This document shows, one piece after another, positions 23,344 through 35,678 of a stretch of DNA of 58,920 nucleotides. The position numbers and the translations under genes are program-made. Each line of letters begins with the position of its first letter. Position 1 is the first letter of the stretch. The stretch lies in the NCBI RefSeq assembly GCF_001186125.1, contig NW_014040333.1, positions 8,700-67,619 on the forward strand. The letters run 5' to 3'. Below the pieces are notes generated by a model. It was not told where the DNA came from, did not search any database, and worked only from the letters and a program-made list of their open reading frames with translations. This stretch comes from Sphaeroforma arctica JP610. Lineage: Eukaryota.

Positions 23344-25229
23344 ACTTGTATTGTTACGCTTGTACTTATGCTTGACGTTAATATGATATATACATGCGTA
23401 GATAATATGTGACTTCTCTGTTCACAGTTCACAAATGCATACACCTACCACCACATTGATACTCGATGGTGTAATAATATATAGTTAGTACATATGACCA
23501 GGAAGTGTGTAGAAGGCGCGCTGTATCACCGGCTTTTTTGTTATGCTCACCGAACGGTCCCCGTGCAACAGCTGCAACTCTGCCGACAGCGAGACTCACA
23601 AACTCCAAAAAAGTCGATAAAAATTATACAAATAAGAACTCTCCATACTTTGTCAACGTGCAAAAATTGGCTCCCTGACTTCAGATCGACCCAAATTTTG
23701 AAATTTCACCTGCTTCAAGAGACCGCCATTCCAAATTTTGGCCTTTCCCTTTCTGCTAAATTACAGAAGGTAAATTCCAATAGTGGACAATTATACCATC
23801 ATTTCTTGAAGACGTATTTTGGCGGGTTTTCTCTTATCATTCATTTCTAAAAATATGCTATAAAATGTAAATGCAAGAGAAGTCAAGAGAATAGAGAATG
23901 TTTTTTAAAAACTCGTATGTAAATATATTCGATATTTATGTGCATATATTTGTCCATACTTTGTCCGCGTGGCCACAACTCCAACACTTGATTATGGAGA
24001 GCCCATAAAGTAGCACACACGTACATAATCAGGAACTCGACAGTTCAAATTGTAGCAAACCAAAGGGTTTTTGTCAATTATCGGCGAACGCTACTTAGTG
24101 CACCACACCAATTGAGTAGACGATAATGACCAGCTAATTGAGATTGATTTGCATGAACTAGCATTGTTCAGGATATAACGTCTACATTAGAGAAATTTCT
24201 GCTGATATATTATTTTGGTGCATGCGCATTTTGTGTATGTATGGCCCATTATCAGCGGGTGTATGGTTATCAACAAAGGCACATAGCCAAACTGGTACTT
24301 TTATAGTACTCCTCAAGCTATTCATTCGATCAATTAATAACAGAGGCTGTTTGAGTTCCTGGCAACTACGGATACTTAAAAAGAGCGAAACGAAATCACC
24401 GGCAATATTGACAATAAAAATGTAGTTTGACGTTGTTGTACTATCGTCCTCGATTGCATTGGGTCGCAGCCCTAAAAAATATTCTCGGAGTGATGAATAT
24501 CTTCCCACCATCAATCTACTTATAAAAAAATCTTCATTTGAATGACCAGTATTTTCTCTACCGATTCTTTTTATAATTACATTTTTCTTTGTAAACCTCC
24601 ATAGACGACTACGCCTAAATGGAACACATTCCGATACCACATCGAATAAGGAAAAGGCAAAGCTGTGCCATCATACACGTGATCTCTTCAAGTCGCACTT
24701 GCTGTGAGTGCAATCACATATGTTATAGCACAGGTTTCATATATCAATTCATAGATAAAGAAATATTCCTATTTAGTGTGCGCACAGACTGCAGCAGTGC
24801 AGCGTCGCTGGCACGTGCACGCCAATGCAGTGACTGCACAGAGATCATTTTGACAGAGAATTGTTTTTTTTGAAAAATTAGATACGAAAGTTCTGATGAC
24901 TGGTGTCAGCCGGAATGTAAATATGACACCTCACACAAACTAAAGCATTTCTTAAATAAATAAAATATATATAAATATGTATGAGTATATGTATCTCTTT
25001 ATTTGACTGTATCAGTATGTATTGCTATTGCTATGCAGTGCACCACTTATGATACATCGTTGATTGATTTGTGTATGTACGTACGGGAGGCTCAGTGCCA
25101 CATGTATATTTGTGGGGTGTTGAGCAAATGAATTTTAATTAGCTGCTTCTAGATTTAGAGAGCTTGAGAAACAACTAGTAGAGTCTGAATCACAGTTTAT
25201 TGTAAGTACAATCGACCGAAATCGCAAGC

Positions 25230-25573
25230 ATGCAGAACCTTAAAAGTTTCTTCCAGTCGGCAGCAACTGTGCTCGCTCCTCCGATCGAGAATGACTATGA
25301 TGAGTTCTACCAAGCGTGGTGTGCGATAAAAGATTACTATGGTGAAACTAAAATGGACAAGATTGCGGTGCAGAATTCTATGGTATGTATTCAAATTCAC
25401 CAAACCGTTTCTCAACTACTTTATAATGAAGCCTTTAGCGTGAGATATGCGCACATTTATCGAAGACATGTATCATTTGGCTACTATTGTATGCTTATTA
25501 CATATGCGGTGTTAATTTCCACCTTGAAAATACGGAATAAGAATATGAATTTGGCTAGAAGTAGGTGTATTTA

Positions 25574-25620
<47 letters not shown>

Positions 25621-25971
25621 GTATATGTATATATATATGTATATATATATATACGTGTGTGTGGGGGGGGGGAGGGGGGTGTGTGCGTGTGTATGTATGT
25701 ATGTATGTATGTATGTATNNNNNNNNNNNNNNNNNNNNNNNNNNNNNNNNNNNNNNNNNNNNNNNNNNNNNNNNNNNNNNNNNNNNNNNNNNNNNNNNNN
25801 NNNNNNNNNNNNNNNNNNNNNNNNNNNNNNNNNNNNNNNNNNNNNNNNNNNNNNNNNNNNNNNNNNNNNNNNNNNNNNNNNNNNNNNNNNNNNNNNNNNN
25901 NNNNNNNNNNNNNNNNNNNNNNNNNNNNNNNNNNNNNNNNNNNNNNNNNNNNNNNNNNNNNNNNNNNNGTG

Positions 25972-26063
<92 letters not shown>

Positions 26064-29000
26064 GGACATTTCTTTCTCTCTATCTGTGTCTGTTTTTGTA
26101 TGGTTGTGTGTTTGTCCGAATATCTATTTATTTATCTATCTATGAACGTCATTAAGTATGATTGTTCGTATGTATGGATTATATTACAGCCGTAATACTA
26201 CAATCGCCCCAAAGTTTGAATTCCAATATTCTCTCTGAAACCGTGGTCTATGTCTCGCTGGCTGATTGCTACTATTTATCGAGATATATTTCACATATGC
26301 CTCACATTGAGCACGCTCGCCGACAATCAACGGAATGGCAGCTTGTTATGTGAGATTGGGCTACCAAATTACGATTCCGTTAACTATCGCAACGTGCGTA
26401 TATACTGCTACCCTCGTATTCCTGTCACTATTCCGTTAGTCATTGCAACGTACGCATATACTGCTATCCTCAGATTCCCGTAACTATTCCGTTACCCATT
26501 GCAACGTAAGCATATACTGCTATCCTCAGATTCCCGTAACTATTCCGTTCTCCATTGCAACGTAAGCACATACTGCTACCCTCAGATTCCCGTAACTATC
26601 CCGTTACCCATTGCAACGTACGCATATACTGCTACCCTCAGATTCCCGTAACTATCCCGCTAACCATTGCAACGTACGCATATACTGTTACCCTCAGATT
26701 CCCGATCAGCTCGCCATCTTGATCGAGAAGCTGCGACATGAACGGCACCAAGCAGGCATGTTCGACAGCGACGATGACCAGTACGACGACGAAGGCTACG
26801 ACGAATCAGCAGAGTCCACGGACAAGACACGCAGAACATCCAGCGCCCAAGCATCCATGCGGGTGGGTGTAGCTGCAAACACAGCTGAAGTGAGCAACTC
26901 AAGGCTGCCCCCGTCTGGGCCTATTGATGGTATTAAAGGGCTGGGTGGCGGTGTGAGTGCGCATAGAGGGGATGCGACCCCTTGCTTGGAGTATATGCTG
27001 AACCATGTATTCTCCACACTCTGTGTGTTGGGCCAGGGAGATACGCCTGTGGGCATGAAGGAAGAGGTCCTGCAGTTTCTGACCACGTTTCTTAAGGACA
27101 ATGCGTTTGGCATGTAAGTGGCGATGGATTATTGTTTTACTATTCACACTGGGTCTATTTTCCTTATAATAATTTAAATGATTGCGTTAATCCCCGGCAC
27201 GGACCTCTCAATGGTTTTAGGCCAATTCGTACGACTACTGCAGACTCTATCGATCTACGGCGACCACATGCTCATGCAATCCATCTCTCACACCACCACA
27301 CCACATCACACCATACCACACCACACCACACCACAGACACGCCGACATACGCGCACGTCGAATGAGTGCCCACGGTAACCCGGCCGACGAATCTCCGGTG
27401 GTGCGGCAAAGCGATCTGATGAATACCAACGTGGTGCTGACCCATGCGAAGGTGCCCGGTCCGCTGATGGATCTGATCAAGTCCTGTCACAAGCCAAAGA
27501 TGAGCCTGTATGAGGAAGATGTGGCGAACATCCTATCAGTCCTCGCACACCTGTTGCGAGACAACCCTACCTGTGTGCCGTACTTTATTGACCGGATCAC
27601 GGAGGAGAATAAAAGCCATGTAAGAATGGAGGTTAACGTGGTGTCTGATGTAGTTGAGGTTCGTGGGTTCTACTTCATGTTCAAGTTGCATCATTTGGGC
27701 GACTGACCTGCATCGCTCATAAAACAACACCGTACACATGCGCATTGCAGGTGGAGAGTTTAGGGTATGGAGATGGCGAATCAGAGTTTTTCATCCTCGA
27801 TGCACTGACAGATCTGCTAAGTAGCGAGGACATACAGGTAAGTTCTCCGCATCTTTTGCACGGCATCGAATGAGCTGCGCCTATGTGTTTTGGTGCACCT
27901 CAGACTGTTCTTGCCAATCGGATGTTGCTTGGGGAATAGTGAGTCCAGATTGACGGGAAAGGAATATGCTTTGTGTTTTACACTGTTAAGTGTGTTTACC
28001 ATATGGGAAGACTGTCAATGTTTGCGGTCAGATTACATTATTACTTGTAGTGTACCGATTGTTGACCAACATGCACACAGCTATAGTCCACGGTACCTAT
28101 ATATGTACCCGCCCAGTATACTCGCATAAGGATACCACCACCCAAAGGGACTGCCGACCTAACTTCTATTCACTAGGAACATGCCTTTGCATTACTCACA
28201 TCAAGACGATACTTGGCTTGCCAATAAAACACATGTATGCCTTCGGATTGACTTTGAAACATTCTAATGTATGCGTAGGTGGTCAACAGAGCTTGCGAGT
28301 CCATTCTCGCTCTGGTGGCCTGTGATTCGCCCGAGATTTCAAAGTATATCACCAGTAGTAAGCGGCTGACAATACTCCTGGTAAGACATGCAACCGATGT
28401 TATGTATGTAGGCTGTCTATATGTGCCATTCGTGGGGATGATTGCCGTGGCTATCGACAGATACAAATGTCTTAGAACGGTAGTGTCTAGTGATATGCGA
28501 GACCTACTAGTCTGATCTTTGTGGCAAACCGATGTGAGGTCAATGAACGATGACGTATGGCATTGACATGTGTTCCAAATGGTTTATGGACAGTGAAACA
28601 GACCCCCAGAGCGCATCCCGCACGTGTTAGTCTACCGCTGTAAGCATTTAAGGTCAAATACTCAAGGGGGCGTTAGTTTTAGGAGTTAGAGTATCCTTTA
28701 AATGGTGCTATTCACTGTTTGCGTGGCTGTTCTGAATACTTCTCTGCCCAATCCTTGGAACGTGCGAGCAATGAGATACGTATTGGTCTACACGCACGAA
28801 TGCCGTTGTCTTGTTTTGACAAGGTTTCCAACACTTTATCTCAATGCTCAATGGACAGATGGACCACCTATCTTCGGCGTTCAATGCACTCCCTGCGGTA
28901 CGGGGGGCATCCGAGCAGGATCGTAAGCGGCTAATCAGGAGTTTAGACGGATTCAAAGCGTGGGCGACATACGTAGACAGAGTATTCTGCAAAAGTGTTG

Positions 29001-29166
29001 GTCTCGATGACCACCTATCTGAGTTTCTACACTCAAATTTCTTCGTTCCTTGCCTGGAGAAGAAGCTAAGGGAAACGTACGTTTTTGGAAGATGTATAAT
29101 ATCAATCAGAGTTCGATGTTTTGTCCTGTCTCATTTTGAAATACATACACATATAATCATGCCACC

Positions 29167-29202
<36 letters not shown>

Positions 29203-29277
29203 CGTATGGATACGTAAGGATATGTGTGTATGTATGTATTCTTAAAAGAAAATAGATATATATAAACATACAATATC

Positions 29278-29316
<39 letters not shown>

Positions 29317-31346
29317 NNNNNNNNNNNNNNNNNNNNNNNNNNNNNNNNNNNNNNNNNNNNNNNNNNNNNNNNNNNNNNNNNNNNNNNNNNNNNNNNNNNN
29401 NNNNNNNNNNNNNNNNNNNNNNNNNNNNNNNNNNNNNNNNNNNNNNNNNNNGTTTGCGTGTGTGTGTGTGTTTGTGTGTGTGTGTGTACACGTATATATT
29501 TATATATATATATATATATGCGCGACATCTTGCAATTATTCGGAGCTTGTGCAGGGTTGTTAGGTTTCCTTCGCACCCATGTAGCATTTGCCGCAATAAC
29601 CAAGACCCGCCGTCTCACAGTTCAAATCGATCGACACGACTCGTCAACTTTCGAATCTCACCCCTTCCCAGGACGTGGTGGAGTTCTACGAGGGCGATTT
29701 CCTGCGCATGTTATTGCAGAAAATGCAGCGCATGCTAGATGAGCCGTACGGCGAGATGCTTAGGGTCTCTGCATTGCTCAGTCACTTGGCCACTTTCCCC
29801 AACGAGCAGCTGCGAACGTTCCTACTGAGTCCCAAGTGCGAGGTGCCGCCGTCGGTGCTCACACTATACCACTCGCTGGAGATTGTAAGTGGGTCGTCAG
29901 TGTGGCTGTGTATATCTGTAGTAGTTTGGAGATTGTAAGTGGTCGTCAGTGTGGCTGTGTGTTTCTGTAGTAGTATGGAGATTGTAAGTGGTCGTCAGTG
30001 TGGCTGTGTGCATCTGTAGTAGTATGGAGATTGTAAGTGGGTCGTCAGTGTGGCTGTGTGTATCTGTAGTATTATGGAGATTGTGTGTGGGTCGTCAGTG
30101 TGGCTGTGTGCATCTGTAGTAGTATAGAGATTGTAAGTGGGTCGTCAGTGTGGCTGTGTGTATATGTAGTAGTATGGAGATTGTAAGTGGGTCGTCAGTG
30201 TGGCTGTGTGTATCTGTAGTAGTATGGAGATTGTAAGTGGGTCGTCAGTGTGGCTGTGTGTATCTGTAGCAGTATGCGTGTGCGAACGCAGTGGCTACTA
30301 GGACCATCCAGTTATACCTGTAGTTCGACGTGTTTTAGTTGTGCACCCGTTCAGACACGGAGTCAGTGACCCACACCCTGAACCTGTACGCGCATATGTG
30401 TCTTGCCCACTGCATCACCCCGTGCGTGTTCGTTCGATTGAATGAGTACGGCCTTACACGGTGTGTAGCTGAGAGAGCCTTGAACCATGCGACTCTGCAC
30501 TTGACAGGTGGTTGCCGAGCTTTCGCGTCGTGCTGGGACCATAGATAACTTTCAAGCGCTGGTCACCAGAGCTAAACTGGCTCTAAGTGAGAAGGGCATG
30601 CTACGGTAGGTTTCTTAAGTGTTTGCTGACGTGGTGTCTGTGTGTCTGGTCTGTAGAACGATGGAAGATAGTGTGTAGATGCACTCATTTGATGTCCTTT
30701 CTATCTGCCTGAATAGAGACCCTCGTGCACAGTGCGCTGGTTTATATTAATCCATAGATACGCATTATTTTAAACGAGACTTGTGTATAATACTGTGTAT
30801 TGACGCTGTCATCGATGACGCGAGGATCTTACCATCTGCTGCATGACATTCGTGCGTGTAAGTTCAGTCGTTTCAAGGGCAAGCTTATACCTATGCACAC
30901 ATATGCGCATTAAAGGGAGACTGTCCTCTTTGATATGTCCAAAACAGCTGAATCGCACTTGGGAAAGCATTCCATGACATGGTCGCACTTTGTGCGTATT
31001 TTACTGAGTCTACCACATGGTTATAACCATTAAGCACCACTGTATACACAGCGAGGAAGACGATCCGGAGTTATGGGAGTACGCCAATGAAGTGCAGGTA
31101 GGTGGTCTCTTTCTCTCGTGCTGGTACTTTACCACAGGCTTTCTTGCAATCCCGCGCAGGCTTTAGAGTGTTTGTAAACCTCTACTAAACACCTACCGTG
31201 TAATATTGGCCGGATGCTTGTATCTCAGAATTAGCCCATGCTTATGCAATTGTATCCTTAAAACACTGCAGGCGACCATCCTACTAGACGAGTTTGTGAA
31301 GGAGATCGGCTCCTGCTGTATGGTCAGCAATGAGTCCTCTGTGTAG
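25230..31346 (+). CDS. FHIP2: FHF complex subunit HOOK-interacting protein 2 (FAM160B/RAI16-like)
   Basis: Exons: 25230-25382, 26698-27113, 27337-27619, 27751-27837, 28279-28380, 28859-29076, (missing exon(s), probably in the gap near 29317-29451), 29672-29884, 30508-30605, 31052-31097, 31272-31346 (TAG). Motifs matching FAM160B as recalled: FQSAATVLAP, WCAIKDYYGET, IPDQL, ATPCLEYMLNHVFSTLCVLGQGDTPVGMKEEVLQF, FYEGDFLRMLLQKMQRMLDEPY, ATILLDEFVKEI. Confidence 0.88.
26365..26704 (+). repeat. 56-bp minisatellite (~6 units) spanning the 3' splice site of FHIP2 exon 2
   Basis: ctcag|attcccg recurs, with the AG ending at 26473, 26529, 26585, 26641 and 26697. A degenerate unit without the AG lies near 26417. 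Confidence 0.95.
29877..30276 (+). repeat. 49-50-bp minisatellite (8 units) spanning an FHIP2 5' splice site
   Basis: The unit ggagatt|gtaagtgggtcgtcagtgtggctgtgtgtatctgtagtagtat is repeated. GT positions are 29885, 29935, 29984, 30033, 30083 (gtgtgt), 30133, 30183 and 30233. Confidence 0.95.
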
Positions 31347-31384
31347 GCGCCCATCCATCTACAACTTGTACATTAAGTTAGAAA

Positions 31385-31535
31385 CAAAATGTAAATGAAT
31401 CCAAAATATAAGTGAGTCAAAAATATAAATGAATCGAATATATAAGTGAATCAAATATATAAATGAATCAAAAATATAAATGAATCCAAAATATAAGTGA
31501 ATCAAGAATCTAAATAAATACAAAATGTAAATGGA
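31385..31535. repeat. ~19-bp AT-rich tandem repeat in the FHIP2 3' region
   Basis: Repeated aaatataa(a/g)tgaatc(c/a) units. Confidence 0.85.
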
Positions 31536-31659
31536 ACCCCTCCGTACACTTGTACGCTGTTGACTGTTGCAGGCCGGTGTATCGGCTCTCTCTGCACGAC
31601 ACGTGCTCTCTGGGGCTGGAATGAATTGTTTATTTTAGTATGTAGCTGGGCTGCGGTGT

Positions 31660-32580
31660 GATTTTAGGAGCGCCATCAGTAGCCTATCACTGGGGACATG
31701 AACTCCTTACTTATTGTCCATACATAATTCAGTTTATTTTATGAAGTAACTGACTTGTGGTTTGGTTTTAGAAGTGCCATCAGTAGCCTATCACTGGGGA
31801 TATGAATACCTTGCTTATTGTCCATACATAATTCAGTTTGTTCCTGTGGATTGGTTTTAGAAGTGTCATCAGTAGCCTATCACTGGGGGTATGCACTCGT
31901 TGCTTATTGTTCACACATTCTTTGGTATTTCCTAGTGTGCACTCGTTGCTTGTTGTTCACACATTCTTTCGTACTTTCTAGTAAGCACTCGTTGCTTATT
32001 GTTCACACATTCTTTGGTATTTCCTAGTATGCACTCGTTGCTTGTTGTTCAAACATTCTTTGGTACTTCCTAGTATGACTCGTTGCTTATTGTTCACACA
32101 TTCTTTGGTACTCCCTAGTATGCACTCGCTGCTTGTTGTTCACACATTCTTTGGTTCTTCCTAGTATGCACTCGTGTCTTATTGTTCACACATTTTTTGG
32201 TACGTCCTAGTATGCACTCCTCGTTGCTTGTTGTTCAAACATTCTTTGGTACTTCCTAGTATGCACTCGTTGCTTATTGTTCACACATTCTTTGGTACTC
32301 CCTAGTATGCACTCGCTGCTTGTTGTTCACACATTCTTTGGTTCTTCCTAGTATGCACTCGTTTCTTATTGTTCACACATTCTTTGGTACGTCCTAGTAT
32401 GCACTCATTGCTTGTTGTTCACACATTCTTTGGTACTTCCTAGTATGCACTCATTGATTGTTATTGACACATTCTTTGGTACTTCCTAGTATGCACTCGT
32501 TGCTTATTGATCACACATTCTTTATTACTTCCTAGTTTGCACTCGTTGCTTATTGTTCACACATTCTTTCGTACTTCCTA
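31660..32580. repeat. Compound repeat: three longer units (gccatcagtagcctatcactggg) grading into a 46-bp minisatellite (~15 units)
   Basis: Unit tagtatgcactcgttgcttattgttcacacattctttggtacttcc repeats from ~31889 to 32580. It is preceded by related repeats near 31671, 31776 and 31865. Confidence 0.92.
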
Positions 32581-34326
32581 TTGGGTATTCGGGCAGGCTA
32601 CCCCAGCGGTTTAGTTATTATGCAGCTGCTGTAAACAGTCCCACAAGCGCTCTGTTCACACACATATGGCCTTAAAAAAATATGAGGCGCATGAGATTTC
32701 CGAAAGAAAGTGCTAAATTCGGCTGTAGTCGATGTTCAACAGGCACCTTGATGTATATAATATATATGCTTATAGATTACGGTGAGTTATCATACGGTGC
32801 GCATGCAGAGATGAAGATACACGAAAGGGGCAGGCAAATGCACCTGTGACTGGGATAAGCGCGTCTCTATTCGCAGTCCCATCGCTTAAATTAGAGAAAG
32901 TCCATACATAAGCATATCTGTTTTGTCCAATAATGCAATAGAACATAAATGGCAACATAAATAAAGTTAGATATCCTTTGTTGAGAGTATTGTACTCTAT
33001 ACCATGGGGGAGACAACTCGCTGCACACAAACATGCTCCTCCATGTATCTGCAGGTGTACGTTACGCCTATGTTTATTTGCAGGTGTGGAGTGTGTATAA
33101 ACGTACTCGTAAGAATTGTAGAGACGGGTTGATACTGATGAGAAATGGAGACGAGCAATTGCCCACTCTCTGTTGAATCAGCTATATGGTATTGCACCCT
33201 GTTCTGGGACCCACAAGTACTATTACGCTTTAAAAAACACTCGCAAGTAAAGTCCTCTACAGCTTGGCAAGGTTGTACTGGTTGCAGTACACTATGATTC
33301 AGACAGGATTGTGCGCTGACCTTGGGAGGTAGACAAAATAAAGTCAACCGGACACGTACAACAAATGGATGTGATGTTATTGTGCGAGGCTATATGCAGA
33401 GCTACTCATGTGCAGCTTTATACGTGTGTTCGTCTGCCTAGCAAGTCTATCGGGAACACATACATCATGTACATTGTTTCTGAGTGGTTATATATACTGG
33501 TAAGCGACCAGCATGGTACTGTAGCCCAACTATTCTACACTCTAAACGTAGCTGTGTGGAAGCTCGCCGTTTAACCCTGACCTTCTTTTATGCATGCTAA
33601 AGCTAGTATGACGATCAGAAGACACTTTCCTATGTATGATACGGCATACGGATATGCAACTAATAGAGATGCGCATCAACGGCACACCAATCGGTCGCCT
33701 AAGTCTACCGGTACACTTCACTGGATACAGTATACTGCAGCACCGCTCTATAGAATTATATATCCTAAACGTTCTCTGACCCAGCCGACGCTGACCTCAG
33801 GCAACAGCACTTCAACATTCTGTACACCTGACTCAACTTATTGGTCTAGACATCGATCTGTAGTTGTCAATCCATGCGCATCAAGCATAACGCAATCAAT
33901 TCAAACTATGTATCGTTTCGTAGCACTTACCCAAAGCTTTACCTTACTGGTTACAATATATATATATGCATGCATGAAATACATACAAATTGGTACCACT
34001 GTATTCGAAACAGAACTAGCCATTATTGTCCACCGATTGTATGTAGACATGTAAATATCGACCAGAAGATCACCACGTATTACATGTTCACTGCGGACTT
34101 GCAATTTGACATACGTGAGCAATACAAACAATATTCAGTCACACTCGAGCTCAAAAACACAGTGTTGTGCACATCAATCATCATCATAATGTATAGGGAC
34201 AGTGATATTTGATGACTCGCACTACCAAGAACAAATTCGCGTAGCTTTCCGACCATCTGATAACCAAAATCCTATAGCGGACAACACCATCAACATCCGC
34301 AAAATTATAAATCGCACACACACACT

Positions 34327-34425
34327 CTTATAATATCACAACTCAATCGTTATAATACAACTGTTCATACAACAATCTTATAATATCACAACTCGATCGA
34401 TATAATACAACTGTTCATACAACAA
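34327..34425. repeat. ~50-bp tandem duplication downstream of the zinc-finger gene
   Basis: cttataatatcacaactc(a/g)atcg(t/a)tataatacaactgttcatacaacaa, two copies. Confidence 0.9.
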
Positions 34426-34563
34426 GCTATGCATTAAAAGTATGGAGATCCTTCTATTTTAATATTTCTTGAATTTCTTCATTATATATACAATTTCTAA
34501 GCTCTTATATCTGCGTACAACAACGTCACCGTACACAGTTTATATTATCCAAGGACACGTGAA

Positions 34564-35678
34564 TTACTCGTGCTTGAACTTGCAGTTATCAAACGAGCAC
34601 TCTCCCCTTTGGAACTTATAGCATACACCCTGGGGTCTCTCCTTCTTGGGCTCTGAACAGTCGTATGACATGTGCCCGCTGCCTCCACAGTTGTAACAAC
34701 CTCTGTCGTTGCTCTGGGCACCGCCGCGGCCACCACGACCACCACGTTGACCACCACGACCACCACGACCACCACGACCACCGGCACTAGCTCCCTCACC
34801 GAAACGCTCCTTCTTAGCAGCCTTGCAAGGTTTGCAACGCACGGGCTCGTTCTACAACGAAATACGAAAGTTTGAAGCATGTGAGGATATGCTCCATAGA
34901 GTGTGATGTGATTGTGGTTATTAAACTAATCAGAATTGTCGCATTCGCTTTACACCGGGTCAAACGACAGTACTATAAAGAACACGGCATAACAACGAAC
35001 ACAAACACACATCGAACAATTTGAACATACCTCCCAACCCTTGGACAAAAAGAACTCCTGCTCGCCAGCAGAGAAGACAAAGTCCTCTTGACAGTCGCGA
35101 CAGTTAATGTTCTTGTCACCAGCCTCACCGGCCTCGGCATGTTCAGCCTTCTTGGGCTTGGTGTGGATTTTCATACCACCATCATCCTCATCGTTGTTTT
35201 CTCCCTCCTTAGTCTCCTCTTTCTTGGTCTCTTCCTCATCATCGTCCGATGAATCGGAATCACTGCCTGATTCAGAATCAGAACTGTCCTTTGCTGCCTC
35301 AACCTTGGCATCTTCCTTGGTCTCTTCTTCCTCATCAGACGACGAATCACTGTCAGAAGGATCTTCCTTAGCCTTTGTCTCTTCCTCAGCCTCGGACTCA
35401 CTGTCTGAGCCGCTGCTCTCAGCCTCCTTGGTCTCTACCTTGGCCTCCTCCATCTCCTCATCGTCGGACTCGGAATCAGACGATTCAGACTCTGACGAAG
35501 ATGAGGGGGGTGGAGGAGTGGGCTCCTTCTTCGCTTTCTTGGACTTCTTCTCCTTCTTAGCCTTCTTGCTATCCTTTGCAACCACAACCTCTACATCCTT
35601 CTTGGAGGACTTGACCTTCTTTGCCTTCTTGGACTCGACGTCATCGCCGGAACGCTTCTTACTTACTACGGAAGGCAT
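34564..35678 (-). CDS. Probable nucleolar RNA-binding protein (311 aa): Lys-rich and acidic Ser-rich N-terminus, zf-trcl-type zinc ribbon, RGG box, CCHC knuckle, CCCH finger
   Basis: Exons 35678-35031 (..SKGWE|gtatgt) and 34851-34564 (tag|NEPVRC..). Spliced text: DKNINCRDCQEDFVFSAGEQEFFLSKGWENEPVRCKPCKAAKK, then GGRGGRGG, CYNCGGSGHMSYDC and CYKFQRGECSFDNCKFKH. Confidence 0.9.

Noticed and set aside
23639..24001. Possible MITE between U2AF2 and FHIP2 (ctctccata ... tatggagag)
   Set aside because: The inverted match is only 9 bp with no TSD; insufficient support.
24182..24640. 152-aa minus-strand ORF in the U2AF2-FHIP2 intergenic region
   Set aside because: AT-rich, no recognisable motif and no splice support.
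31889..32580. Regular 46-bp repeats superficially like a CRISPR array
   Set aside because: Units are contiguous with no unique spacers, there are no cas genes, and the context is eukaryotic; it is a minisatellite.
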